Positions 1 through 8,559 of a stretch of 64,000 bases of DNA are shown here, one piece after another; positions within the stretch are counted from its first letter, which is position 1; every line of letters begins with the position of its first letter. The stretch covers positions 1 through 64,000 of IMG/VR virus record IMGVR_UViG_3300005529_000023. One strand, 5' to 3'. A model generated the notes under the pieces. It was not told the origin of the DNA, ran no database searches, and was given only the letters and a program-made list of their open reading frames with translations. The stretch comes from a virus. The translations under genes and the position numbers were made by a program.

Positions 1-19
1 AACATGAGAGTTAGCGTCA

Positions 20-121
20 TTATGCACCTAACCCGTTGTCATGACTCCATTGGATGATCATAGCTTGCTTAGCCATGTGAGACTTGCCATGGAATCCCAA
101 TAGGACTAGTAGACGCAACAT
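20..121 (-). CDS. small hypothetical protein (33 aa, MLRLLVLLGFHGKSH...)
   Basis: GGAGG RBS 7 nt before ATG on - strand; CAATCTA motif at 147-141 upstream; stop abuts another ATG that runs off the window. Confidence 0.45.
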   Translation of the reverse strand: MLRLLVLLGFHGKSHMAKQAMIIQWSHDNGLGA

Positions 122-440
122 ATACGTTCCTCCGATACTTTAGATTGACTGCATATGACATGCCGCGCTAAACCCTTATTTTCCTTATTGCCCTATCACT
201 TTATTTCGTCGAACTTGTTTACACTGACTAAGCCTTAAACGTGTCCAATCTGACTAGCTTCGTCATATCCACAGCTTATAGCGTTTAGGCCATTACTTGC
301 ATAGGACGCCATTCCCTAATGCCTTATTTCCTTTGGCACCCTAAAATGCATTAACGCTCTATGGCCCTATTCGTGCTAACTGCATATCCCGTTCCCTGTC
401 CTATCTGACACATGTTGGGAGAATGACGGACACATGTTAG

Positions 441-456
441 TGGCACGATCCCTGCA
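441..456 (+). promoter_or_regulatory. sigma54-like -24/-12 promoter
   Basis: TGGCACG-ATCC-CTGCA; GG442 to GC454 spacing is the canonical 12 nt; one mismatch to TTGC. Confidence 0.4.
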
Positions 457-707
457 AGAATACGAATTCTCCAGTTAATTCACATAGATACCGTCTATCG
501 GGGTTTGGTGTATTAGGCTGCCTAAACCCCTGGTGTACTGGAACATGAACACTCCATAAAAAAATTTTTCTAGGAATAGTACCCCGATGTTGTCTTTAAA
601 AAAATTTTTTTATTTCGCTGAGTTACAGCGTTTTTATACAATACTGCATAAATTATCAGCTGATGTATAAATCTGCTTGGTCCTTATCCGCCCTAAGGGA
701 TCATGGA

Positions 708-759
708 TTGTACACTATAATGTCCAAAATGGGGTCTTTCTGAGCATTATAGTGTACAA
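708..759. repeat. perfect 15-bp inverted repeat, 22-nt spacer
   Basis: TTGTACACTATAATG (708-722) / CATTATAGTGTACAA (745-759). Confidence 0.9.
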
Positions 760-788
760 GACCCTGCTTTTGGCCCGAACCTTTTGGT

Positions 789-1148
789 ATGGGCAAAATC
801 TCTCCTTATCTCCGTCGCGCTACAAACGGTTATGTTCATTGGTGTCCAGCCTGCAAGGAAATGCACCGTCTTCCAGATGGGTGGACCTTCGTCAATGGGG
901 ATCTGAACAAGCCCACTTTTACTCCTTCTTTTATGCATACAGGACTCATGCGCAATAAGGACGAAAATGGGAAATGGATCGGAGAAGGTAAGAATGCCTG
1001 GCTATACGATGCCCAAGGAAATCCCATCAAGGAAGTTTGTCACTATATCCTGACCAATGGGATACTCCATTATTGCGCTGATTGCACTCATGATATGAGG
1101 GGTATGAGTGTTCCATTACCGGAACTACCGGAAGGGTATGATGACTGA
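789..1148 (+). CDS. small Cys/His (Zn-binding) protein, DUF6527-like
   Basis: CPACKEMH, WTF..GD..KPTFTPS, CHYILTNG, YCADCTH motifs. Confidence 0.6.
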   Translation: MGKISPYLRRATNGYVHWCPACKEMHRLPDGWTFVNGDLNKPTFTPSFMHTGLMRNKDENGKWIGEGKNAWLYDAQGNPIKEVCHYILTNGILHYCADCTHDMRGMSVPLPELPEGYDD

Positions 1149-1359
1149 AATCCAAAACGCAATTAAGGTTCTAACCAAGGCTCTAAAAGCAGATCCCGGC
1201 TATCGTATCGGCTGGCAAGCAAACATCGCCATGGCCTTCTATGATGAGTACCAAAGGCAGCTAGGTAAGAAGCTTCCCAGTGACATCCTCCTCGATGTCG
1301 CCAATAAGGCCGCCAACAACTTCCTAGATAACCTCTGTTACGAGCCTAGGAGTAGTTGA
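1141..1359 (+). CDS. hypothetical protein
   Basis: GAAGGG RBS; overlaps neighbours. Confidence 0.7.
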   Translation: MTEIQNAIKVLTKALKADPGYRIGWQANIAMAFYDEYQRQLGKKLPSDILLDVANKAANNFLDNLCYEPRSS

Positions 1360-1625
1360 TGTGTTGCCGTTGTTCAAATCCTAGCGGCGCCTGTTACCAT
1401 GTAGGTCCGTGCAGTCTGTGTGCTTTCCACGCCGGATACACATATGTTGGAGATCCCCTTCAACCTATTAGTCCGACAGTCCCTGCGCCCTTGGTGCCGT
1501 ATCCGGCACCTGTCCAGCCAGGCCCGTCATTCCCTTCTGTCCAACTGATCACTCCCGAACTGGACCTTTTGCGTGAGATTCTTAAGACCTTAGTCGAAAT
1601 CAAGGCGCTGTTGGAGCAAACATGA
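1356..1625 (+). CDS. hypothetical Cys/Pro-rich protein
   Basis: coupled to both neighbours by 4-nt overlaps. Confidence 0.55.
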   Translation: MMCCRCSNPSGACYHVGPCSLCAFHAGYTYVGDPLQPISPTVPAPLVPYPAPVQPGPSFPSVQLITPELDLLREILKTLVEIKALLEQT

Positions 1626-1876
1626 GAGAAGTAATCGAAGTAAAAGTAGCTGATCTGAACGCCCTTCTAAAAGGGATCGTATCGATCCCACACAAGAGGA
1701 AAATTGTGGCCCAGATTGGTCTTCCTAAGGACAAGGCTCACTACGTCATGGTGCCCCTATTTGACGTGCTAGAAGTCTGGAAAGCTTTCAGAGAGAAGTA
1801 CGATGCGAAAGTCAAACAATCCCCAGGTCGTAGAACTGACAAAAAGTTACAAAGAAAGAAGACTAAATCTAAGTGA
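1622..1876 (+). CDS. hypothetical basic protein
   Basis: ATGA overlap with upstream ORF. Confidence 0.65.
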   Translation: MREVIEVKVADLNALLKGIVSIPHKRKIVAQIGLPKDKAHYVMVPLFDVLEVWKAFREKYDAKVKQSPGRRTDKKLQRKKTKSK

Positions 1877-2663
1877 CTTCAAGTCCATCGTAAAAGATGG
1901 TCGAAAACTTTGTATTTGGTGTCTATCTATTCTTCCGGGTAAAAGACAAAAATGGTGTTCGGATAAGTGTGTTTTGAGCGCATTATCTTGGTGTGCCCCT
2001 CAATCAGCGCACGGCCTATATGCTCTTTTGAAGCGTGATGGAAAGAGTTGTTCGGAATGTAAGCTGGACTATACTCCTTATTTGAAAGATGCTTTCAGGA
2101 AAGTAAGGGGATGGATCGTACGACTTCCGAGATCGTATTTTATTGAGCGTTACATCAGGGCTTTTCGTAGGCTAGTTCCCTATGAGTTGAGACCAGAAGT
2201 TGACCACATTAAAGCGGTGTGTTTTGGAGGTCAATCCATCGGTTTAGACAATGTTCGCATTCTTTGCAATAAGTGTCATAAAGCGAAGACTAAGCTGGAT
2301 AACAAGGCAAGGTTTGAAGCTTTAGGCAGTCCTCTAAAAGGCTTAAAAAGAACTGAAGAATGTAAAAGAAAAATGTCCAAATATCGCCAAGGTTTTGATT
2401 CGCTAGCTAGAAAGGCTCATCGTGAAAAGATTTATGCAACTGCGAGAATCCCTATTATAGCTATTAATTTGATTACCAAAGAAGAACGAGTGTTTCAGTC
2501 GATAAGAGAGGCTGGCAAAGAGTTGAATCTTCAAGAAAGCAACATAGGAAGGGTACTCTCGGGTAGGCAAAATAGAACTCAGCATAAAGGCTGGACATTC
2601 AAGTTAGCCTGTCCAGCTTGTACTGGAACAGGTATGATCCACAAAAACTGTATTTTACGATGA
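1803..2663 (+). mobile_element. HNH homing endonuclease with NUMOD3- and NUMOD1-like DNA-binding modules
   Basis: CIWC..WCSDKC; RDGKSCSEC; EVDHIKAV..GG..LDNVRILCNKCHKAKT (HNH); KGLKRTEECKRKMS (NUMOD3-like); RVFQSIREAGKELNLQESNIGRVLSG..HKGWTF (NUMOD1-like); visibly AT-richer than flanks; true start uncertain. Confidence 0.8.
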
Positions 2664-2854
2664 ACTTCCTTCACATGTATTTTTTCCATTTCGGTGCCTG
2701 GGTGTCGATGATGTTCGGCATTTCCCTCCATCGTGACGGTATTCCCGAGCTTTCCGCCATGCCCAAGATGTTCCGAAATGTCTTGATTCTTGCTGCGATT
2801 TTATCTCTCTTTTCTTCTCATTCCCATCACCACTATAACCTACTCTCTAAGTAG
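2660..2854 (+). CDS. small hydrophobic protein
   Basis: ATGA overlap with HNH stop; two hydrophobic stretches. Confidence 0.5.
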   Translation: MNFLHMYFFHFGAWVSMMFGISLHRDGIPELSAMPKMFRNVLILAAILSLFSSHSHHHYNLLSK

Positions 2855-2908
2855 TCTAATGAAAAAGTCCTGCTAGCGCTTACGGCGGCTGCGCCGCCGA
2901 GAAGGTTC

Positions 2909-2937
2909 TTGACTAATTTTCTCTATTTCGTTATCTT
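2909..2937 (+). promoter_or_regulatory. sigma70-type promoter
   Basis: TTGACT-17-TATCTT. Confidence 0.6.
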
Positions 2938-2947
2938 CTTATTCAAG

Positions 2948-3247
2948 ATGGGACGGATGAAAAGTCAACTCATTGATGACATTGAAGCCGGGGAGCCAGA
3001 TCCCTATGACGACAATGATGACTACTTCGGTGAGCCGGAAGATCCGACACCGAAAGAACTTCTAGATGCCGAACAGAGAGTTCCGCACTCTGCTTTCGTC
3101 CAAAGCTGCCGCGCCTTCTTCGACAAACGTGGCTTCTTGTCTGACAAGCAGAAGAGGGCATTGACTTTCGCTGGAACTCCTAACAGACGCCAAAGGCAGT
3201 TCAGCCCTTGGTTTGGTTACGATTCGGACGGAGATGACTTCACATGA
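2948..3247 (+). CDS. hypothetical acidic protein
   Basis: ORF downstream of promoter; overlaps next gene. Confidence 0.65.
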   Translation: MGRMKSQLIDDIEAGEPDPYDDNDDYFGEPEDPTPKELLDAEQRVPHSAFVQSCRAFFDKRGFLSDKQKRALTFAGTPNRRQRQFSPWFGYDSDGDDFT

Positions 3248-3729
3248 AATACCCAATCGCTAGTATTTACACTGTCATTAAGCAGATTCCTGAAGGGTAC
3301 TCTTCAGAAACTACATGCCCGTTTTGTGGCAGTAAACATGTGAGTAATCGCGGCACTATGATGACGCTGGTTGGTGGTGGATCAGATGTTCCTGGAGATG
3401 AGGACAATCCGAATCACTACAGCGAATATAATTACTGTAGAGATTGTCAGAAGAGATTCTCAAAAGAATACAAGGGTAGGTATCAATGGTATAACGATTT
3501 CGAAAATAACCATCGGATCGTTCGTGGTGTTCACATGTGTTTTGAAACTGCGAATTACAATTGTGTCAAGTGTGATGGGGAAGTTTCTCGAACCTACACC
3601 GAATTAGATGGGTCTCCGCTCAAAGGTGGGCTCTGTTACTCATACAAAGAGGGTGAGAGACGGCATCAGTATAGAGAGTTTTGGATTTGCAAGGAATGTG
3701 ACCATGGTGCAGAGATGGAACTGTTATGA
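3244..3729 (+). CDS. multi-CxxC zinc-finger protein
   Basis: CPFC, CRDC, CVKC, CKEC pairs. Confidence 0.7.
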   Translation: MKYPIASIYTVIKQIPEGYSSETTCPFCGSKHVSNRGTMMTLVGGGSDVPGDEDNPNHYSEYNYCRDCQKRFSKEYKGRYQWYNDFENNHRIVRGVHMCFETANYNCVKCDGEVSRTYTELDGSPLKGGLCYSYKEGERRHQYREFWICKECDHGAEMELL

Positions 3730-4391
3730 ACCCAAACGTTCAAGTTCCTGAGTTCGGGATGTATCTCAAGAGCAACTTCTTGTACGATGAGCTGCCCGAT
3801 GCTCCGACCAAGGAGTACGTCTTCTGCGAAGTCTTTGGCGCCGTCTCTATCACGCGCCGCTGTCTCATGTTTCATGTCATGACCGAGTATGGGAGCCGCC
3901 ACGATCGGGTTCCAATTCACTATTTGGTGGGTGATACACAGCACTCGAACTATCCGCTTGATTGGCTTCAGCTTTGGGACTGCTACTCGCCCAACATGGG
4001 CTGTACTGTTTGGGAGCATCATAAGAACTCTAAGGTTCGCATCCAACTGAAGAATCACAAGTGGATTACCGGCAGGTACCTGTTTACTTTGGATTGGTGC
4101 AATTCTCCTGAATACAATCTCGGGTACGCAGAGATGGCTGGCGGCCATAAGTGCGGTCACGTAATTCTCGGCCTAGAAGACGAAGATGGCAACCCTGTGA
4201 ATCAGCTTTTCTGTCAGCCGAACAATCGGGTTCTTTGGATGGACGGCGGCGCCTTCATTACGAAGAAGTTCGACAAGAGACCTGATTGGAAGGTCTTTCA
4301 CCATGAGTTCACCTGTGAGGGAACTTCTCGCTGGGTGAGCGAAGACAATTTCGACTATTTCTACCAATTCAAAGAGGACAAGGATAAATAG
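3726..4391 (+). CDS. conserved phage hypothetical protein
   Basis: LQLWDCYS, GRYLFTLDW, HKCGHV, QPNNRVLW pattern recalled from large-phage hypotheticals. Confidence 0.75.
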   Translation: MNPNVQVPEFGMYLKSNFLYDELPDAPTKEYVFCEVFGAVSITRRCLMFHVMTEYGSRHDRVPIHYLVGDTQHSNYPLDWLQLWDCYSPNMGCTVWEHHKNSKVRIQLKNHKWITGRYLFTLDWCNSPEYNLGYAEMAGGHKCGHVILGLEDEDGNPVNQLFCQPNNRVLWMDGGAFITKKFDKRPDWKVFHHEFTCEGTSRWVSEDNFDYFYQFKEDKDK

Positions 4392-4392
4392 T

Positions 4393-4701
4393 ATGCCCCG
4401 ATTCATTGTGAGATTAGCCGAAGATAAATACGTTGAATGGTCCACTATTGTGGATGCTCCGGTGACATTTATAGTCTCTCGCGAGCAGATGCTTCAGTAC
4501 TTGGATAGTTGGCATGGTCATTCTTCTTATGCCGAGAATCGAGCCCGACTCGATCGCGCCGATAAGAATGGAACATCGGCCATGTCGCCCCTTTCCATGG
4601 AAGAGTTAATCAGAGAAAATAGGGCTGGAGAAAAAGAGAAATGTATTTCTCTAGAAGAGATCATCGAAAGATATCATCCAAGGAATGCGGGAAAAGTATG
4701 A
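4393..4701 (+). CDS. hypothetical protein
   Basis: ORF in tight operon (YVEWSTIVDAPVT). Confidence 0.7.
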   Translation: MPRFIVRLAEDKYVEWSTIVDAPVTFIVSREQMLQYLDSWHGHSSYAENRARLDRADKNGTSAMSPLSMEELIRENRAGEKEKCISLEEIIERYHPRNAGKV

Positions 4702-5072
4702 CCAAATTATTTAAGAGAGCTTTCTACGAAAGACTTCTGGGAATTGGCGTGGACGAGATGGACCCATGGGCTATTTCACGTCATGAACCAAAAGAGAGGA
4801 AAGATGCCCCTCTTTCTGAAGAGGCTAAGGCGTTCATAGAGAAAGTATTTCCGTGCGAGCCTCCATGTGATTCCTATGGTGTTTGTGATAACTGCTGCGA
4901 GAAGGTTGTTTTTCAGGCAGGTTACAACATTGGCTATAGAGCGGCATTACATTCTGATCATGGACGTGGCGATCAAGATGGGCCAGATGATCCTGATTGC
5001 ATTTGTCGCGGAACAGACAGGCAGTCTGAGTGCGCTCGTTTTGGATGCGGATTCTGTAGGGGCACCACATGA
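4698..5072 (+). CDS. hypothetical Cys-rich protein
   Basis: ATGA overlaps at both ends. Confidence 0.6.
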   Translation: MTKLFKRAFYERLLGIGVDEMDPWAISRHEPKERKDAPLSEEAKAFIEKVFPCEPPCDSYGVCDNCCEKVVFQAGYNIGYRAALHSDHGRGDQDGPDDPDCICRGTDRQSECARFGCGFCRGTT

Positions 5073-5287
5073 CAGAAGCGGAGAAAGCATTGAAACAAGC
5101 GTTAGACTGTCTTTATCTAGAGGTTCCATCTTCGGTGGCTTGGGACATTCAGCAGAAAGTAGAAGCCAGGATTGCTGAGTTGATCGAAGAACGTGATAGG
5201 TACAAAAATGTCTTAGATAGGCCGGCTCTGTATTGCCCTGGCTGTCAGGCGCAGTTGGCTGCGAAGAGGAAAGAAAATGAAAGTTAA
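5069..5287 (+). CDS. hypothetical coiled-coil/CxxC protein
   Basis: operon coupling; CPGC. Confidence 0.6.
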   Translation: MTEAEKALKQALDCLYLEVPSSVAWDIQQKVEARIAELIEERDRYKNVLDRPALYCPGCQAQLAAKRKENES

Positions 5288-5606
5288 AGAACTGATCGCT
5301 GAATTAGAGCGGCTCAATCCTGAAGTGGAAGTCTATATTTCCGTTTATGACTGTGGCGGGATCAATGATCTACATGGCATTGACAACATCGATCAGTTCG
5401 ACCCAGATGAAGCTGTCAATCTCGCCATTAATGTTGGATGCGATACACATAGAAAATGGAGCACTCAACAGAATTGTCCTGTGGAAAAGCTTCAGAAGAC
5501 TATCGCTCAGTGTGAAGACTTGAAAAAGACTATCGATTACTACAAGGAGCAGCTCACGTTTTTGGAAAAAAGGTTCTCAGAGAGAAATAAAAAGGAAGGG
5601 AAGTAG
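5277..5606 (+). CDS. hypothetical protein
   Basis: MKVKELIAELE...EVY N-terminus typical of small phage proteins. Confidence 0.7.
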   Translation: MKVKELIAELERLNPEVEVYISVYDCGGINDLHGIDNIDQFDPDEAVNLAINVGCDTHRKWSTQQNCPVEKLQKTIAQCEDLKKTIDYYKEQLTFLEKRFSERNKKEGK

Positions 5607-5607
5607 T

Positions 5608-5781
5608 ATGGAAAAAGACGTTTCGAAGCATCAGAGATTGGTTATTCTCACTCCCGAGGAAGAGGAGATCTATTTTAACTCTTCTTGGTACAGGGAGTTA
5701 ATGAAGAGGAAGAGGCAAGATCTGATCAAGAAAAGGATCATCGTTCGTCCGGCCTATCACAAGAACAACCCGCATAATTAG
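5608..5781 (+). CDS. small hypothetical protein (57 aa, MEKDVSKHQRL...)
   Basis: not in ORF track; GGAAGGGAAG RBS; ends before terminator. Confidence 0.55.
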   Translation: MEKDVSKHQRLVILTPEEEEIYFNSSWYRELMKRKRQDLIKKRIIVRPAYHKNNPHN

Positions 5782-5820
5782 TTTTCAAACTGTAAGTAAT
5801 CCGTAATTCATTACAGTTAT

Positions 5821-5856
5821 AGGGCGCCCCTTCGGAAAGGGTGCCCTTTTTCTTTT
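5821..5856 (+). terminator. intrinsic terminator
   Basis: AGGGCGCCC/GGGTGCCCT stem, CTTCGGAA loop, followed by TTTTCTTTT. Confidence 0.8.
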
Positions 5857-5871
5857 GTGATATATCCCGGT

Positions 5872-6099
5872 ATGTTTGAACTAGCTGAGCATAATGGCAA
5901 AACATACTTGAAGTATGTCGATAGAAAGAAGCTCCTTGAGGAACAGCCCCAACGAAAGTTCGATCGCGGACTTTGGGTGGAAATTGGGCATTACAGGGAT
6001 AAGGACATTCAGTTCTACATTGACGCCAATCGCGCTCTCGGACTGAGAGTAGAAGTTGACGAAAATGGTACTTATCGTGCTCTAGTTCTGAAGGACTAA
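5872..6099 (+). CDS. hypothetical protein
   Basis: first ORF after terminator. Confidence 0.6.
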   Translation: MFELAEHNGKTYLKYVDRKKLLEEQPQRKFDRGLWVEIGHYRDKDIQFYIDANRALGLRVEVDENGTYRALVLKD

Positions 6100-6100
6100 C

Positions 6101-7234
6101 ATGATCGAATTAAGACCTCTAGCAATCGTTGATCTCTCTATGACTTACGCTCGAAGCATGGGCGAGAATAAGTTGCGCCACTATCGGGTTCCAGCGACTC
6201 AGTTGGCTATTGCCAAGTTTACGGGAAGATCTGCTGAGGATCTAGTTCGAGATCACATTAAGGCCAAGGAAGGTGAGACAGAAGTCAGCTTCCTTCCCTA
6301 CAGAACTTGGGAATTTGATGGAACGCCTAAAGAAGGAGTCCTTCAAGCAAAAGACATTACAGATTTGATTCTAAAAGATAGCCCGGAAGTTAGGCAATCT
6401 TTGGAAAAGGTCAAGGTGGATTCATTGGTCCATCAATACAACATCTATGAGAACAAGTTCAAAGAAAAGTTTCTTGGTAGCATCAGTCGATTCATCAATA
6501 GATTCTTGATTAACCCAATCAATGAATACCTTCGTGAGTTTCAATTGAAGGATGTGCCTTTCGAAGATCGAATGTCATATCTCTTCGAACTTGATAATTT
6601 GAAGTTGCTTCCATACCTTCCAGAGTTTGGTCCTAGACGAGCGGCGTCTCCCTGCAGCTTTCTCTCGGTTGCCTTTCATGAAGACGACATCGAAAGAGCA
6701 ACTGCTTTACTCTTGAAGGATCTTTGTATTCTACAAGAGAAAGGGCTGATCCTCGGCCATCTTGCCATGCCTTCAATGTTGATTCTCGCCGACACTGTTG
6801 GGTCTGGCAAGGGAACGTTTGCCATGTTCTGTTTCTTGTTTTTGGATCAGGAAAAGTTACAGAAGTTGCTAGGGCTAAATGCAGAAGAAATGCCTAGACT
6901 ACCTTTGACTTTGCTTGGAGTTCAGACCGAAAGTGTTGAAGGCGGGATAACTTATCTGGATAATAAGAGTCCTAGTGATAAATACCAAATTGAAGTCGTA
7001 AATGTCGGCGATGCAACAACGGAGCGTGACAGAGCGGCTGTGATCGACATGTACAATGCTACGAAAGATGCGGTGAATGAAGCTGCAAAAAGAACAAAAG
7101 AACGTATTGATACATCGGAGATTCTAAACAAGCATTCCGTAACCATTGGCGATCGAGTTTACATAAATGCGGACATCAAGGATAAGAACGCTAAGATCGA
7201 AACGCTTAGCGATAAATATTCGAAGAATGAGTAG
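6101..7234 (+). CDS. hypothetical protein (377 aa)
   Basis: long ORF; no family recognised; internal GSGKGT. Confidence 0.75.
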   Translation: MIELRPLAIVDLSMTYARSMGENKLRHYRVPATQLAIAKFTGRSAEDLVRDHIKAKEGETEVSFLPYRTWEFDGTPKEGVLQAKDITDLILKDSPEVRQSLEKVKVDSLVHQYNIYENKFKEKFLGSISRFINRFLINPINEYLREFQLKDVPFEDRMSYLFELDNLKLLPYLPEFGPRRAASPCSFLSVAFHEDDIERATALLLKDLCILQEKGLILGHLAMPSMLILADTVGSGKGTFAMFCFLFLDQEKLQKLLGLNAEEMPRLPLTLLGVQTESVEGGITYLDNKSPSDKYQIEVVNVGDATTERDRAAVIDMYNATKDAVNEAAKRTKERIDTSEILNKHSVTIGDRVYINADIKDKNAKIETLSDKYSKNE

Positions 7235-7236
7235 CT

Positions 7237-7425
7237 ATGAGTAAAGAAAAACTTCAAAGCCTGACAAAGTATGCGGACAACGTGAAGAACAAGCTTTCTT
7301 CTTCTGTGCCCGAAAAGCACAAGAACAGATCTGCCGAATACAGGCAGTATCTTGAACGCGAACTCGCAGCATCTACAAAGAAAATCGAAGCACTCAGATT
7401 GCTCGAACCTTCTCCTAAAAAGTAG
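7237..7425 (+). CDS. small hypothetical protein
   Basis: ORF track; operon position. Confidence 0.6.
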   Translation: MSKEKLQSLTKYADNVKNKLSSSVPEKHKNRSAEYRQYLERELAASTKKIEALRLLEPSPKK

Positions 7426-7454
7426 TTGACCATCTAGATGCAGTGCGTTAACCT
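7426..7454 (+). promoter_or_regulatory. sigma70-type promoter
   Basis: TTGACC-17-TAACCT then GGAGGT RBS. Confidence 0.65.
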
Positions 7455-7470
7455 CCTCTTGGAGGTACGT

Positions 7471-7800
7471 ATGCGCCGTTTAGTCTTTGGTTTCATTCTT
7501 CTTTCCTCTTTGGCTCTTGCGAACGATAAAGCTGATTCATTCATGAAGTCGTGTCGTTATAGTTCGATGACGACTCTCACCAATATCGTCAAAGATGCAA
7601 AAGAGAAGTATAAACAACTAGATGCATTTTCTACAGAAAAATGCTCGAAGTTGAAAGACATCCTTGACGACATGGATCTTTGGGGGACTTTGAAAGACCC
7701 AAAGTTAGAGGGCTGCACGCGCGGAGTGGACGCAGCCGTCGGCATGTCGCCAGAGGACGATAATCTGCGCAAGAAGTTCAAGGCGGATCTCTGCCTATGA
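7471..7800 (+). CDS. secreted/periplasmic protein with signal peptide and Cys pairs
   Basis: MRRLVFGFILLSSLALA-ND; GGAGGT RBS. Confidence 0.7.
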   Translation: MRRLVFGFILLSSLALANDKADSFMKSCRYSSMTTLTNIVKDAKEKYKQLDAFSTEKCSKLKDILDDMDLWGTLKDPKLEGCTRGVDAAVGMSPEDDNLRKKFKADLCL

Positions 7801-8516
7801 ACATTTTGATTTGGGCAGGGATGGCGTTCGACTTGATCAACTGGATGAAGAATGACACACCAGATTCCAAAGAAGCCAAGCCTATGGAAGTGTCGCAGGT
7901 CTACTTTGCGCTTCCTGATGATGCAGTGGCGGCCCTTTGGAAGGTTATTGGGTCTTCTGAGTCAAATGAGCGAAAGATAGGTTCGATAAAGGGAGTCCTG
8001 TGCGACGGAAAAACTCCCAGGTATGTCGTAAAATACACAACGCTTTATTCTGATCCTATCACTACTGGAATGCCCAACGATCGTGCTAAGAAGTACCGGG
8101 AGAATTACCAGCTGGATTTTCGGGATTACATGAAGAATAAAATGCTTTATGAGTCTGCGGGCGGGAACTACGATTTCGTCTTTTATGAAAATGGTGGACT
8201 CGATCGCGCTCAAGAATTGCGTAAGATCGGACGCCCCTTCGTTGATATGAAGCTCCTGCTCTCTCTATTCACATACCATTTGGACAGGGTGTCATTGCGC
8301 GAGTCTGGAGTTGAGCAGATTCAGTATATGGGCTTCGACCCTCAAACAGGAGAGTTCTCTGAGGAGCAGGCCATTGGCAATGCCGACATGCTCTGGAAGT
8401 GGTCTCTTAACAAGGACACTGAAGTGTCGCAAGATGGTCAGAGATACACTTTGGTTTGGACCATGAAGAAATTTTGTGCTTACGCAGTTCCTTTGACCGA
8501 TCTAGTCTCCCGGTAA
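7797..8516 (+). CDS. hypothetical protein (239 aa)
   Basis: ATGA overlap; long ORF. Confidence 0.7.
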   Translation: MNILIWAGMAFDLINWMKNDTPDSKEAKPMEVSQVYFALPDDAVAALWKVIGSSESNERKIGSIKGVLCDGKTPRYVVKYTTLYSDPITTGMPNDRAKKYRENYQLDFRDYMKNKMLYESAGGNYDFVFYENGGLDRAQELRKIGRPFVDMKLLLSLFTYHLDRVSLRESGVEQIQYMGFDPQTGEFSEEQAIGNADMLWKWSLNKDTEVSQDGQRYTLVWTMKKFCAYAVPLTDLVSR

Positions 8517-8523
8517 TTGCTTA

Positions 8524-8552
8524 TTGTCTTATTTTCGCCCCTGATGTACCAT
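8524..8552 (+). promoter_or_regulatory. sigma70-type promoter (likely leaderless transcript)
   Basis: TTGTCT-17-TACCAT; ATG 7 nt downstream, no SD. Confidence 0.6.
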
Positions 8553-8559
8553 CTTTCCC

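Noticed and set aside
334-349. Second sigma54 promoter (TGGCACCCTAAAATGC)
   Set aside because: GG-GC spacing is 13 nt; sigma54 spacing is strict
677-958. 93-aa ORF across the inverted repeat
   Set aside because: TTG start, no SD, overlaps the better-supported 789 ORF in another frame and runs through regulatory DNA
2883-2899. CGGCGG/CCGCCG hairpin as a terminator
   Set aside because: No U-tract on either strand; function cannot be supported
5789-5819. AACTGTAA/TTACAGTT inverted repeat before the terminator
   Set aside because: 8-bp AT-rich arms, single occurrence; not distinguishable from chance
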